Shown: positions 41,089 to 49,838, counted from the first letter of the stretch. The stretch: 64,000 nt of DNA from Candidatus Obscuribacteraceae bacterium (GCA_044226015.1 JBGAHS010000002.1:1171435-1235434), one strand, 5' to 3'. The notes: a model not told the origin generated them from the sequence alone. Program-made: numbers and translations.

Positions 41089-43029
41089 ATGAATAGCTAT
41101 TTTTTGACTCGTCTTAGCAGCGAGCAGAAGAAAAAATTGGATGAGAAATCCATTGCCTACTTTGAATTCGCCCTCGGCGATGAGAATGGTTTGCTCCTGC
41201 AAGCTGACGCCATGGAATCAGCCCTGGAGGTTCTAGAGCTGATTGCGGAAGAACAAGTTGCCACAAACTACGAAGGTATTTTTCGTACCAGGGTAAGAGC
41301 TACTCACTCCGAACTCGCCTCAGCTGCGAACGTGGGCTCCTGGAAAGGCAAGAACAAGCATGGCATGTTGCAGATAGTTCAACAGCTGTTCTTGCCATAC
41401 TTGCAAAAACAGATCGTTTTGGAAAATCGCCACGGAGTTGTTGCACCCATCAACGATGGCAACTTCCACATTCACATCTACTCTGCACCTGTCAAAACAT
41501 CAGGTTGCAACACTCCCAAAACGATCTGGGGAATTCCCACTCAGTCCTCTAGCAATTCCTGGAGTCCAAGCGGCAAAGGGACTTGCTTCTACGACGGCAA
41601 ATACGCCGTTGCAGAACTTCTCGAGCAGAACAATCTGTATGTTTTCCATAATCTAGCGGAGAGTGGAAATGTTAATGAGGAGATGCTGTTCTCAGTTCTC
41701 CTCGATCGTGTTTTGCAACACCTGCAGCCTGAGCAATCAGAAGCCCAGGCAAAGCACCTGTTTATCGATGCTTGTTCGTACTTTCGCTGCGCTGGACTCA
41801 CCGAAGCCAGCGGTTCTGCCGACGAGCTTCAGGTATCAATCCGAGAGCTTAAGAAAGAGTTGAAGAAATGCTCACGCGCAGCCGCTGCTGAAGAACTCAA
41901 ACTTCTTCGCAATGAGAAAATTTCAACTGATGAAATCTTTGCAGCGGAATACGAGAATCTTCTCAAAGTTCCAAAAGTAACAGATGTTCAAGTTGAAAAC
42001 GGCGTCATCATCGTTTCAACAGAAGTACTTTACGCAAAGGATCCGCGATCGGACAAATATCACGAGATTGGCGCATTCAAGATTCACCTTTCACCCGAAA
42101 ATGAGAGCCCCCGCTGGTTCAATCAGACGCGGCTGGTAAAATCAATTGGTACGAAACCAATGCAAGCGGTGCACGTCTTTAACAGCGGCATGGCCTGCCT
42201 CGGAAACACAGAAGCCTTGTTCAAAGACTTGTTTAAGCAGCGAGAATGGGCGCTCGCAGCGCAGGTAGCCATAGAATTTGCCGAGAGCGTAAATCAGCGT
42301 CAGCGCGACAATGCTGGTTTACATGTAACCGAGTGGCCGGAAGCTGCTGATGCTGATGTTGCGCGCCGCGATAAACGCATCAGTCGACCCAAAAAGTTAA
42401 CTGATGCACAACTCGCGTACAAGCCGCAGTACATCTCTGCTTGTGCCGATCGTGTGAACTCGCTGATTAAAGATTCTCTCTGTCAGATCGAATCGATACG
42501 CAGAACAGTTGAAGAACTTCAAGCTGAGCTCGTTTCCCTTTTGCGGAACCGCGCCTCAAAATTGAAACAGGCGACTCGTAAGAAACTCTGCAATCGAGAT
42601 GAAATTGCAGCGGAATTCGACGCGCTGTTAAGAGTCCCGAAAGTAACTGGCGTTCGTGTACAAGATCGCAGTGTCACAATTTCGACTGAGACACTGTTTT
42701 GCACCTGTCCAAATTCCAAACTCAAACGAGAAATTGGCAGTTTCCTGATCAAAATCAATCTGGATGGAAGCGGAGATTGCGTGCGCTGGATAAATACCAG
42801 CCGCCAGGTCAAAGCTCTCTTTCAGAAGCAAAACGCCGTCCGAGTGCTAAGTAGCGGGCGTGCGCTGTTCAGCGATATTCGCGAATCCTTCCCGGATCTG
42901 ATTGCTGACTTCAAGTTGGCAATTCTTGCACAGCTGGCAATTGAATTCATCGAACAAATTGATGCCGATGAGCCAGCTTCCTCTTTCCTTGATCAATGGC
43001 CAGAGTCCCAAACCTCAGGAGCAATCTAA
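41089..43029 (+). CDS. Prokaryotic E2-like protein with two tandem E2-fold repeats
   Basis: HVFNSGMACLG (E2 His...Cys signature) in repeat 1; internal duplication; GGAGG RBS; stop overlaps the JAB start (TAATG). Confidence 0.7.
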   Translation: MNSYFLTRLSSEQKKKLDEKSIAYFEFALGDENGLLLQADAMESALEVLELIAEEQVATNYEGIFRTRVRATHSELASAANVGSWKGKNKHGMLQIVQQLFLPYLQKQIVLENRHGVVAPINDGNFHIHIYSAPVKTSGCNTPKTIWGIPTQSSSNSWSPSGKGTCFYDGKYAVAELLEQNNLYVFHNLAESGNVNEEMLFSVLLDRVLQHLQPEQSEAQAKHLFIDACSYFRCAGLTEASGSADELQVSIRELKKELKKCSRAAAAEELKLLRNEKISTDEIFAAEYENLLKVPKVTDVQVENGVIIVSTEVLYAKDPRSDKYHEIGAFKIHLSPENESPRWFNQTRLVKSIGTKPMQAVHVFNSGMACLGNTEALFKDLFKQREWALAAQVAIEFAESVNQRQRDNAGLHVTEWPEAADADVARRDKRISRPKKLTDAQLAYKPQYISACADRVNSLIKDSLCQIESIRRTVEELQAELVSLLRNRASKLKQATRKKLCNRDEIAAEFDALLRVPKVTGVRVQDRSVTISTETLFCTCPNSKLKREIGSFLIKINLDGSGDCVRWINTSRQVKALFQKQNAVRVLSSGRALFSDIRESFPDLIADFKLAILAQLAIEFIEQIDADEPASSFLDQWPESQTSGAI

Positions 43030-44240
43030 TGTATTTTTCAAGAAGAGAACAGCCTCTTACACCCCACAGTTTCAATACGCAGGTCAGGTTTCTGCCCAAA
43101 GCAGAACCGAAGAAACCGCGAATTGTTCTTTCCCGACTAGCATTTGCACAGATGACTGTGTATGTGAAAATCGCACAGGAAGAAGTCGGTTGGATGGGCA
43201 CAGTGAAGCGCCTTCCAGATGGTGACTTTCTGATTGAAAAGTGTTTCTTGTTCAAGCAGAAGGTCCATGCAACTGAAACTGAAATCAGCACAGAAGGATT
43301 CTCTGAACTCTCAATGGAGCTGCTCAACACAGCGACTGATGACGAAGACGAATCGAACTGGGAGGTGAACAAGCTCCGTTTCTGGGGTCATTCACACGTC
43401 AGAATGGCTACAGGACCCTCAGACACAGACCAGCGTGCGATGCTCACCTCATTCGGCAAGGGACACTCTAACAACACCGGGCAGCTTCGTTTTTGCTTCG
43501 AAGAATGCGGTTATCCTTGGGTGATTCGCGGTATCTTCAACAAATTCGGTGAAGCGAACTTTGATGTTTATCTTTATTCTGAAGGCTTGCACTTTGCGGA
43601 CGTTGAGTGGACGGTAGAAGACCCTAGCGCAGAAGAGATTGCTTTACAGAAGCAGGTCGATACGCTCTGTTTAGCCATCCAAACAGGACTGTTTCCAAAT
43701 AAAGAAACAACAAAACCTGCCAAGGTTGCCACTCTCGGAGAGCCTGAGTCCGACTCAAGCGTCTGTCCTCAAAGGAAGAGTCCTAATACCTTCGGTTTTG
43801 GCATCGATCGTGAACTGAGGTATTGGCCTCACATTACTCCGGAATTGCGTACCGCCATTCAACAAGAATTCGACAAGAAGGTTGTAAGTGTGCGTCGTCA
43901 TTCAGAAGAGCCGCAGCAAACGAAATCCGGATGGCGGTCCATGTTTCAACAACGTACTAGCAGCGCACAGGTTCAAACCAACTCTGCAGATTCCTCAACT
44001 TCGACCGAGCAATATCCAAGCGAGTTCGGTGATGAAGTCTACGGGCGAGGCTCAGCTCCCGACATGGGCTCAGCCTCTGCAAGACCAGCTCTTCAAATCG
44101 GCAAAGAACATCGAGCCGAAACACCGCGAACAAATGAAGTGCGGTGGATTGCACCAAAACCAAAAGAAACGCCCAAAACGACCAGCATTTCTGAAACCTT
44201 GCGCACGGCATGGAGCGAGCTCCTCGACTTCCTCTCCTAG
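43029..44240 (+). CDS. JAB/MPN+ (JAMM) metalloprotease with low-complexity tail
   Basis: EEVGWMG catalytic Glu and WGHSHVRMATGPSDTD (HxH-x7-S-x2-D). Confidence 0.88.
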   Translation: MYFSRREQPLTPHSFNTQVRFLPKAEPKKPRIVLSRLAFAQMTVYVKIAQEEVGWMGTVKRLPDGDFLIEKCFLFKQKVHATETEISTEGFSELSMELLNTATDDEDESNWEVNKLRFWGHSHVRMATGPSDTDQRAMLTSFGKGHSNNTGQLRFCFEECGYPWVIRGIFNKFGEANFDVYLYSEGLHFADVEWTVEDPSAEEIALQKQVDTLCLAIQTGLFPNKETTKPAKVATLGEPESDSSVCPQRKSPNTFGFGIDRELRYWPHITPELRTAIQQEFDKKVVSVRRHSEEPQQTKSGWRSMFQQRTSSAQVQTNSADSSTSTEQYPSEFGDEVYGRGSAPDMGSASARPALQIGKEHRAETPRTNEVRWIAPKPKETPKTTSISETLRTAWSELLDFLS

Positions 44241-44315
44241 AACGGTCGATAGAGCTTAGTGTTCTCAGATTCTATTTCAACAAAAACCACACACACTTTT
44301 TTGAAAGTAGTACAC

Positions 44316-45002
44316 ATGATTGATACGCAACGACATCTGTCAGTTTTTGATCCAGATGCTTTTGGCAGCAAGATTGTCGACGTAATCGGTGTCGGTGCTA
44401 CCGGCTCGAAGGTTGTACTCAGCCTGGCTAAGCTGGGCATCCAAAACATTCGTGCATGGGACGCCGACGTTCTCGAAGCGCACAACATCTGCAACCAGGC
44501 ATACGCAAAAGAAGATATCGGCCTGAAAAAGGTCGAAGCTCTGAAGGAAATGGTCTGGCGCCAAGCCGGCTTGAACCTGGATGCAAGAGCTGAATATGTT
44601 GACGGCACACAAGAACTCGGTCCAATCGTATTCTTGCTAACCGACACTATGTCCTCCCGCAAGAAGATCTGGGAAGGCAGCTTGCGCTTCAAATCGCGTG
44701 TCAAGCTAGTGGTGGAAACCCGCCTTGGCGCTGAGTCGTCGTACATTTACAGTATCAACCCTTGCTCACTGCCTGAAGTACAGGGTTGGGAAAGCACACT
44801 CTGCGATGACGATAAAGTTGAGCGCTCCGCATGTGGAAGCAAGATTTCCGTCGGTCCCAGCGCTGGAATTCTCGCAGAGAAGGCTGTATGGCAATTGATT
44901 CGCTGGTTCGCCATCGAGAACGGTCAGGATGACGTTCTTGACCATGAGATCATCGAGTCCTTCCGTCCACCTGCAATCTACACCAGACAGTTCGAAGATT
45001 GA
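44316..45002 (+). CDS. ThiF/MoeB-family E1-like adenylyltransferase
   Basis: VIGVGATGS, LAKLGI, WDADVLEAHNICNQ, IGLKKVEAL, SACGSKISVGP. Confidence 0.9.
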   Translation: MIDTQRHLSVFDPDAFGSKIVDVIGVGATGSKVVLSLAKLGIQNIRAWDADVLEAHNICNQAYAKEDIGLKKVEALKEMVWRQAGLNLDARAEYVDGTQELGPIVFLLTDTMSSRKKIWEGSLRFKSRVKLVVETRLGAESSYIYSINPCSLPEVQGWESTLCDDDKVERSACGSKISVGPSAGILAEKAVWQLIRWFAIENGQDDVLDHEIIESFRPPAIYTRQFED

Positions 45003-45202
45003 GAGAATTTGACTCCAAACAGATCTTCATCAGCAGAACCGCCACCGCTATCGGTGGCTTAGCCTTCAACCGATAGCGCCTGGCGACGTTATCGACTGAA
45101 GACACAAAACTGGATGCGACAGCGCTCAGCTCTGCATCCAAGACAACTTAACTAAAAACTCTATCCAAGACATACTCATCCTTTACGAAAGAGCAGTTAA
45201 AC

Positions 45203-45457
45203 ATGTCCACTGAAAACAGTAATAAAAACGGTGTCGATAGCGCTCCTGAAATGCTCAGCGTGCGAGTCGGCAAAATGCCTGGCAACATCACAATCAAGAA
45301 GGTCTCCCCAGGCTCAACAGCGGCTGACGTGTTGCGCATGGCAGACCTTGACCCCAGCGACCACGAAGTGCGTGTCAATGGAGTTCCAGCCAACCTGACT
45401 CAAAAATTGCGGCACAACGATGCGGTGTTGTTGTTCAAGCCACTGGCCGGCAACTAG
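45203..45457 (+). CDS. Ubiquitin-like beta-grasp protein, copy 1
   Basis: VRV...GSTAADVL...EVRVNG...L.HND.VLL; C-terminus LAGN; follows E1. Confidence 0.85.
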   Translation: MSTENSNKNGVDSAPEMLSVRVGKMPGNITIKKVSPGSTAADVLRMADLDPSDHEVRVNGVPANLTQKLRHNDAVLLFKPLAGN

Positions 45458-45482
45458 CAAAACGACACGCATCAATTCTCAA

Positions 45483-45508
45483 GCAGGAGTGCCTTCTGAC
45501 ACTCCTGC
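45483..45508 (+). terminator. Stem-loop after Ubl-1
   Basis: GCAGGAGTG-CCTTCTGA-CACTCCTGC; no U-tract. Confidence 0.4.
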
Positions 45509-45554
45509 AATCGATTCTACACATCCAAAACTATTGAAGGAAAAGAGATAAAGC

Positions 45555-46478
45555 ATGGGAACTTTCATTAATGTGTTCGTTCTTGGACCACTCCTGGGAC
45601 TGCTTACTATTCAGTTGCTGGCTCGGGTACACCAAATCAAGAATCGTGTTTTGCCGAAGCCCAAGAATGAGCTGCGAGTGCTAGTAAATGGCGTCGCTGT
45701 GATTTTCGAACTGATTGGCATGTGCGCAATCAGCATGTTTTTGGGCGCCGGAATTCTCGCTCTGTCAGTGCCAATGCTGTTGATCGCTCAGCTTATCATT
45801 GCCGGTGAAGATGCTGGCGAAGATAACGTCAAAGCAAAAATGGTTATTGAAACCTACCAGCGATGGTCTACCAGGTTCAAGCTCGTCGCCCAGATTACGT
45901 TCAATCATGGACGGGTGCTAGTACAATCGTACACAAGTAGCCGTTCTCCTCGATCCTCCGAGAACGCAACAGTCGGCACGACAGAAAAAACTCCTACCCG
46001 TGCTGAGCCGATTAGCTGCCCACGAAAACCATTGAGTGAGCAAGAATTGCTACAGCAACTGGTGGCAAAGGTTGCACAGTTACAACAATGGGCATCGCGC
46101 CCAGAATCTGACCGTGTAGCCGTTGCTGAACTGACAAAGCAGGCGCGCGACCTGGAGGAAGCACTCAATGCTGAAGTGCAAAAGCTTGAAACCGGCACCA
46201 CCGACTGGAAAGACATCTGCTCTCACATCGAAGGTCTAAACCGCCATCAGCTACCGGCAGAGCTATCCAGCGCACTCAATGAACTGGTTCAAGAGCGTGC
46301 CGCCAAGCTTGACACCAATCGGGATGATGTTGCTCTGCTTTCGAGCGAGTTGCGCGCCACAGCAGACAACCTGAAGCAAAAGCTCACCACGCGGTCTCTC
46401 TCTCCTGAAGAAGTGATCAGCTCTGCTAATGCAGCACTGGATTCGGCTGAGCAAGTCTGCTCAAAATCCCAAAGCTAA
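45555..46478 (+). CDS. Membrane protein (about 3 TM) with C-terminal coiled-coil domain
   Basis: Hydrophobic N-terminus; C-terminal ~150 aa align with the downstream coiled-coil paralogs. Confidence 0.75.
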   Translation: MGTFINVFVLGPLLGLLTIQLLARVHQIKNRVLPKPKNELRVLVNGVAVIFELIGMCAISMFLGAGILALSVPMLLIAQLIIAGEDAGEDNVKAKMVIETYQRWSTRFKLVAQITFNHGRVLVQSYTSSRSPRSSENATVGTTEKTPTRAEPISCPRKPLSEQELLQQLVAKVAQLQQWASRPESDRVAVAELTKQARDLEEALNAEVQKLETGTTDWKDICSHIEGLNRHQLPAELSSALNELVQERAAKLDTNRDDVALLSSELRATADNLKQKLTTRSLSPEEVISSANAALDSAEQVCSKSQS

Positions 46479-46514
46479 GTAGCACACAAGCACGATGACA
46501 TAGATTTCGTCTAA

Positions 46515-46572
46515 CAGCAGGTCGCAATGTCTGCTGGGCTCCCAAAAGGCAGGCCCAAACGGGCCTGTCTTT
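46515..46572 (+). promoter_or_regulatory. Double-hairpin leader element, copy 1
   Basis: CAGCAGG..TCTGCTG and AAAGGCAGGCCC-AAAC-GGGCCTGTCTTT; compensatory changes versus copy 2. Confidence 0.6.
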
Positions 46573-46630
46573 CTGGAAATTTGTACACACTCAAAATGTT
46601 CACAAGCACACCTAACTGAAAGAACCGAAA

Positions 46631-47164
46631 ATGGGACTCTACACAGCCAAGACTAACTCAATGGAAGCGCTGAACGACGTACTGGCACAAGTACAAAAGC
46701 TCCAAGCAAATGTCGGTCTTACCGAGACAGAGCGAGCTGAACGTCAGCGCCTGCAAGCTGAAGTACAGTCAAAACAACAAGCCCTGCAAACAGCGACGCA
46801 GCGCCTGAAGTCTACGACTGAGATTTGCGAGCAAACCGCGGCACGTATCCAGACGATCGCTGATATCAGCGCTTCCCTTGGCACCGAAATGGCTGCATTG
46901 CCAACTGACCTGCAGACTCAATGCGCCGCCGTGAACGACCATTTGACTGGCTTGTCCTCTAAGCTGTCCGAACTGGCAAACTCATGCCAAAACGACAAAG
47001 CGACGGCAAGAGAAGTGGTCGAGCAAAAGAAAGGCGAACTCCAGTCTGCCAAGGAAGCTCTCCTCGCTGATATCAACAAGCAACGCCCTTCAGCTGAAGA
47101 CGCCATTCTTGATGCAGAAGCAGCAATCGCCGAAGCGGCACAAGTCTCATCGAACCAGGACTAA
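46631..47164 (+). CDS. Coiled-coil protein, copy 1
   Basis: A/Q/E/L-rich heptads; near-identical to 47711-48241. Confidence 0.85.
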   Translation: MGLYTAKTNSMEALNDVLAQVQKLQANVGLTETERAERQRLQAEVQSKQQALQTATQRLKSTTEICEQTAARIQTIADISASLGTEMAALPTDLQTQCAAVNDHLTGLSSKLSELANSCQNDKATAREVVEQKKGELQSAKEALLADINKQRPSAEDAILDAEAAIAEAAQVSSNQD

Positions 47165-47251
47165 AGTTCCCGTCCGAGTTCAAATTCGCTCAGCCCATGT
47201 TTATTGCCTGTAACCATTTCACAAAATCCTCTTGTAACAGGACAGCTATAG

Positions 47252-47503
47252 ATGACCATCAACAAAAACAACAGCGGCGTTGAGCCCACTCCAGAGATGC
47301 TCAGTGTGCGAGTCGGCAAAATGCCTGGCAATATCACAATCAAGAAAGTCTCAACCGGTTCAACAGCTTCTGACGTGTTGCGCATGGCAGACCTTGATCC
47401 GACCGATCACGAAGTGCGTGTCAACGGAGTTCCTGCCAATTTGACTCAAGAGCTGCGTCATAACGATGCGGTGTTGTTATTCAAGCCTCTGGCGGGCAAC
47501 TAG
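47252..47503 (+). CDS. Ubiquitin-like beta-grasp protein, copy 2
   Basis: Near-identical to 45203-45457; same LAGN end. Confidence 0.85.
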   Translation: MTINKNNSGVEPTPEMLSVRVGKMPGNITIKKVSTGSTASDVLRMADLDPTDHEVRVNGVPANLTQELRHNDAVLLFKPLAGN

Positions 47504-47521
47504 CAACAGGCTCTGCAGTCA

Positions 47522-47554
47522 GCTGAGCAAGTTTGCTCAAAATCCCAAAGCTAA
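47522..47554 (+). pseudogene. Remnant 3' end of a deleted copy of the 45555-46478 gene
   Basis: GCTGAGCAAGTTTGCTCAAAATCCCAAAGCTAA matches 46446-46478 with one mismatch. Confidence 0.7.
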
Positions 47555-47593
47555 GTTGTGCTTACAAAGCACAATGATATCGATTTGGTCTAA

Positions 47594-47651
47594 CAGCAGA
47601 TCGCAATGTCTGCTGGATTCCCAACAGACAGACCCAAACGGGTCTGTCTGT
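47594..47651 (+). promoter_or_regulatory. Double-hairpin leader element, copy 2
   Basis: CAGCAGA..TCTGCTG and ACAGACAGACCC-AAAC-GGGTCTGTCTGT. Confidence 0.6.
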
Positions 47652-47710
47652 TTGCAAATTTGTACACAGTGTCAAATGTTCACAAGCACACCTAACTGAA
47701 AGAACCGAAA

Positions 47711-48241
47711 ATGGGACTCTACACCAAGGCTGACTCAATGGAAGCGCTGAACGACGTACTGGCTCAAGTAAAGAAGCTGCAAGCAGAAACCAGCCTCACC
47801 GAGACAGAGCGTGCTGAACGTCAGCGCCTGCAAGCTGAAGTACAGTCAAAACAACAAGCCCTGCAAACAGCGACGCAGCGCCTGAAGTCTACGACTGAGA
47901 TTTGCGAGCAGACCGCGGCACGTATCCAAACTATCGCTGACATTGCAGCGTCACTCAGCACCGAAATGGCTGCATTGCCAACGGACCTGCAGACTCAATG
48001 CACCGCCGTGAACGACCATTTGACCGGCTTATCCACTAAGTTGTCCGAACTGGCAAACTCATGTCAAAACGACAAATCGGCGGCCAGAGAAGCGGTAGAG
48101 CAAAAGAAAGGCGAGCTGCAGTCTGCAAAGGAAGCTCTCCTCGCTGATATCAACAAGCAACGCCCTTCAGCTGAAGACGCCATTCTTGATGCAGACGCAG
48201 CAATCGCCGAAGCAGCACGAGTCTCAGCGAACCAGAACTAA
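47711..48241 (+). CDS. Coiled-coil protein, copy 2
   Basis: Paralog of 46631-47164. Confidence 0.85.
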   Translation: MGLYTKADSMEALNDVLAQVKKLQAETSLTETERAERQRLQAEVQSKQQALQTATQRLKSTTEICEQTAARIQTIADIAASLSTEMAALPTDLQTQCTAVNDHLTGLSTKLSELANSCQNDKSAAREAVEQKKGELQSAKEALLADINKQRPSAEDAILDADAAIAEAARVSANQN

Positions 48242-48343
48242 AGTTCTCGCCTAGTTTACCCTGGCAAATAGCATCCAACTACATGAATGCTATTTGCCTC
48301 TCTACGAATTTCCACCAAATCCGTTAACAACGAAAGACATCAA

Positions 48344-49126
48344 ATGAGCCAATCATCCTATTTCCTGCCAGCCTTGACTGCCGCAGACGCACAAACCCTG
48401 GAAGCTGCTGGCTGCATCTGTGCATTGACCACAATCAACCATGAGACTGGATACATCATCAATCCTGGAGACCTGGAATTGGCAATCCAGCGCTTGAACG
48501 CCGTAGTCGATCAAATGAATTCGACAGGTCAGTTCGGCGTCATGCGCGTGACTCTCCTTCGCACAGACGTAGCGACGGCTCGCACGAAGCAGCGAGGCAC
48601 TTCTTCGAAAGATAGCTCTATGGAAGCGCTGTCCACTGTACTTGCCCAGGTGCAACGGCTTCAGGCGCAGGTCAATCTCACAGACACTGAACGTGATGAA
48701 CGTCTACGCTTACAAGCTGAAGTTCAGTCGAAACAGAAAGATCTGGAAACCGCAACTCAGCGCCTGAAGTCAACTGTTGCGATCTACAATCAAACCGCAG
48801 CGCGCATTCGTACAATCGCAGAAATTGCGGGTGCACTGGGCACAGAAATGGAAGCTTTGCCTGCTGAACTGCAGGGTCAATGCAGCTCTGTCAACGAGCA
48901 TCTAAACGGTCTGGCAGCCAAACTCACCGATCTGGCAAATTCCTGCCAAAACGACAAAGCCGCAGCGCTGCAAGCAGTCGAGGGAAAGAAATCCGAGCTT
49001 CAAGCCGCTAAGGATGCTCTGGTCAACGACATGAGCAAGAAACGAGTTTCGGCTGAAGAAGCCCTGCTCGATGCAGAAACCGCGCTCAACGACGCAGAGA
49101 GCGTCGCATTCAAGCAACAAAGTTGA
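48344..49126 (+). CDS. Coiled-coil paralog with an N-terminal domain shared with the E2-like protein
   Basis: SMEAL..VLAQVQ.LQ... domain; N-terminal SYFL... ~70 aa similar to the 41089 protein. Confidence 0.8.
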   Translation: MSQSSYFLPALTAADAQTLEAAGCICALTTINHETGYIINPGDLELAIQRLNAVVDQMNSTGQFGVMRVTLLRTDVATARTKQRGTSSKDSSMEALSTVLAQVQRLQAQVNLTDTERDERLRLQAEVQSKQKDLETATQRLKSTVAIYNQTAARIRTIAEIAGALGTEMEALPAELQGQCSSVNEHLNGLAAKLTDLANSCQNDKAAALQAVEGKKSELQAAKDALVNDMSKKRVSAEEALLDAETALNDAESVAFKQQS

Positions 49127-49197
49127 AGCAGCTTTGGCTTTCTATCTCTCTCGCCTGTCTTAACGACTTCCTCACTGGCTCGATGCGAGTGAGCTCA

Positions 49198-49230
49198 GGA
49201 AAAGACCGATGTTAATCGTCGGTCTTTTCC
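49198..49230 (+). terminator. Probable intrinsic terminator closing the Ubl operon
   Basis: GGAAAAGACCGA-TGTTAATCG-TCGGTCTTTTCC. Confidence 0.65.
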
Positions 49231-49361
49231 ATTATGATCAAAAATTGCCTACGAATTCCTGAATCGAAAGAAAACGGATCCGAACGGCAGAAAGGGCGCG
49301 AGCATTGCTTGCGTCCTTTCCTATTTTCCTTGAAAATGACTTTTGAATGAAAGAGTTACTT

Positions 49362-49838
49362 ATGAAGCGCTTTGCTCTGGTACTTTTGTCTCTAGTTTCG
49401 TTCGGGCTTGTTGGCTGTGGAAACAATAGACACTTCGATGAAATCCCAAGCTTCGGCGAAAGCAAATTCGAGCAACTCGACCGCAATCACGACGGAACAG
49501 TTGTCGAAAGCGAACTTCTGGAAGCAGCGACTGCGCCTGAATTCAACGAATCCGAACGAGAACTCATCAAGTCAATACACGAGAATATCGCGGGAATCGG
49601 CCACATCACAGCAAGCGAGGAGTTCACTCACGAAGCTTCGGATGGCGGAACGTTCGTAAAAGTGCATCATTCCCACGGGATAGATCAGTTTGAGTTTAAG
49701 GAACTCGGCGAAAATCAGCAGATTAGACGAACAAACATGAAAGTACTGCTGCTTGTGTACATCGTGATTTGTCTAACAATTTCTACGGGCATGTGCTTTG
49801 GAGAGCGGATGCAAAAGGAACGACAAGGCGCGTCATGA
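49362..49838 (+). CDS. Putative lipoprotein with EF-hand-like motif and C-terminal TM
   Basis: LVGC lipobox; DRNHDGTVVESE. Confidence 0.65.
   Translation: MKRFALVLLSLVSFGLVGCGNNRHFDEIPSFGESKFEQLDRNHDGTVVESELLEAATAPEFNESERELIKSIHENIAGIGHITASEEFTHEASDGGTFVKVHHSHGIDQFEFKELGENQQIRRTNMKVLLLVYIVICLTISTGMCFGERMQKERQGAS

Noticed and set aside
32867..45002. CBASS (patatin effector with E1/E2/JAB)
   Set aside because: No CD-NTase recognisable; the patatin is ~7 kb away with unrelated genes between; free Ubls are present
44316..45457. Ordinary ThiF/ThiS or MoeB/MoaD cofactor biosynthesis
   Set aside because: No thiG, moaE or sulfur-transfer genes; E2-like and JAB genes are adjacent; Ubl is duplicated and lacks terminal GG
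47466..47699. 77-aa ORF between Ubl-2 and coiled-coil copy 2
   Set aside because: Overlaps Ubl-2 and spans the gene remnant and hairpin leader
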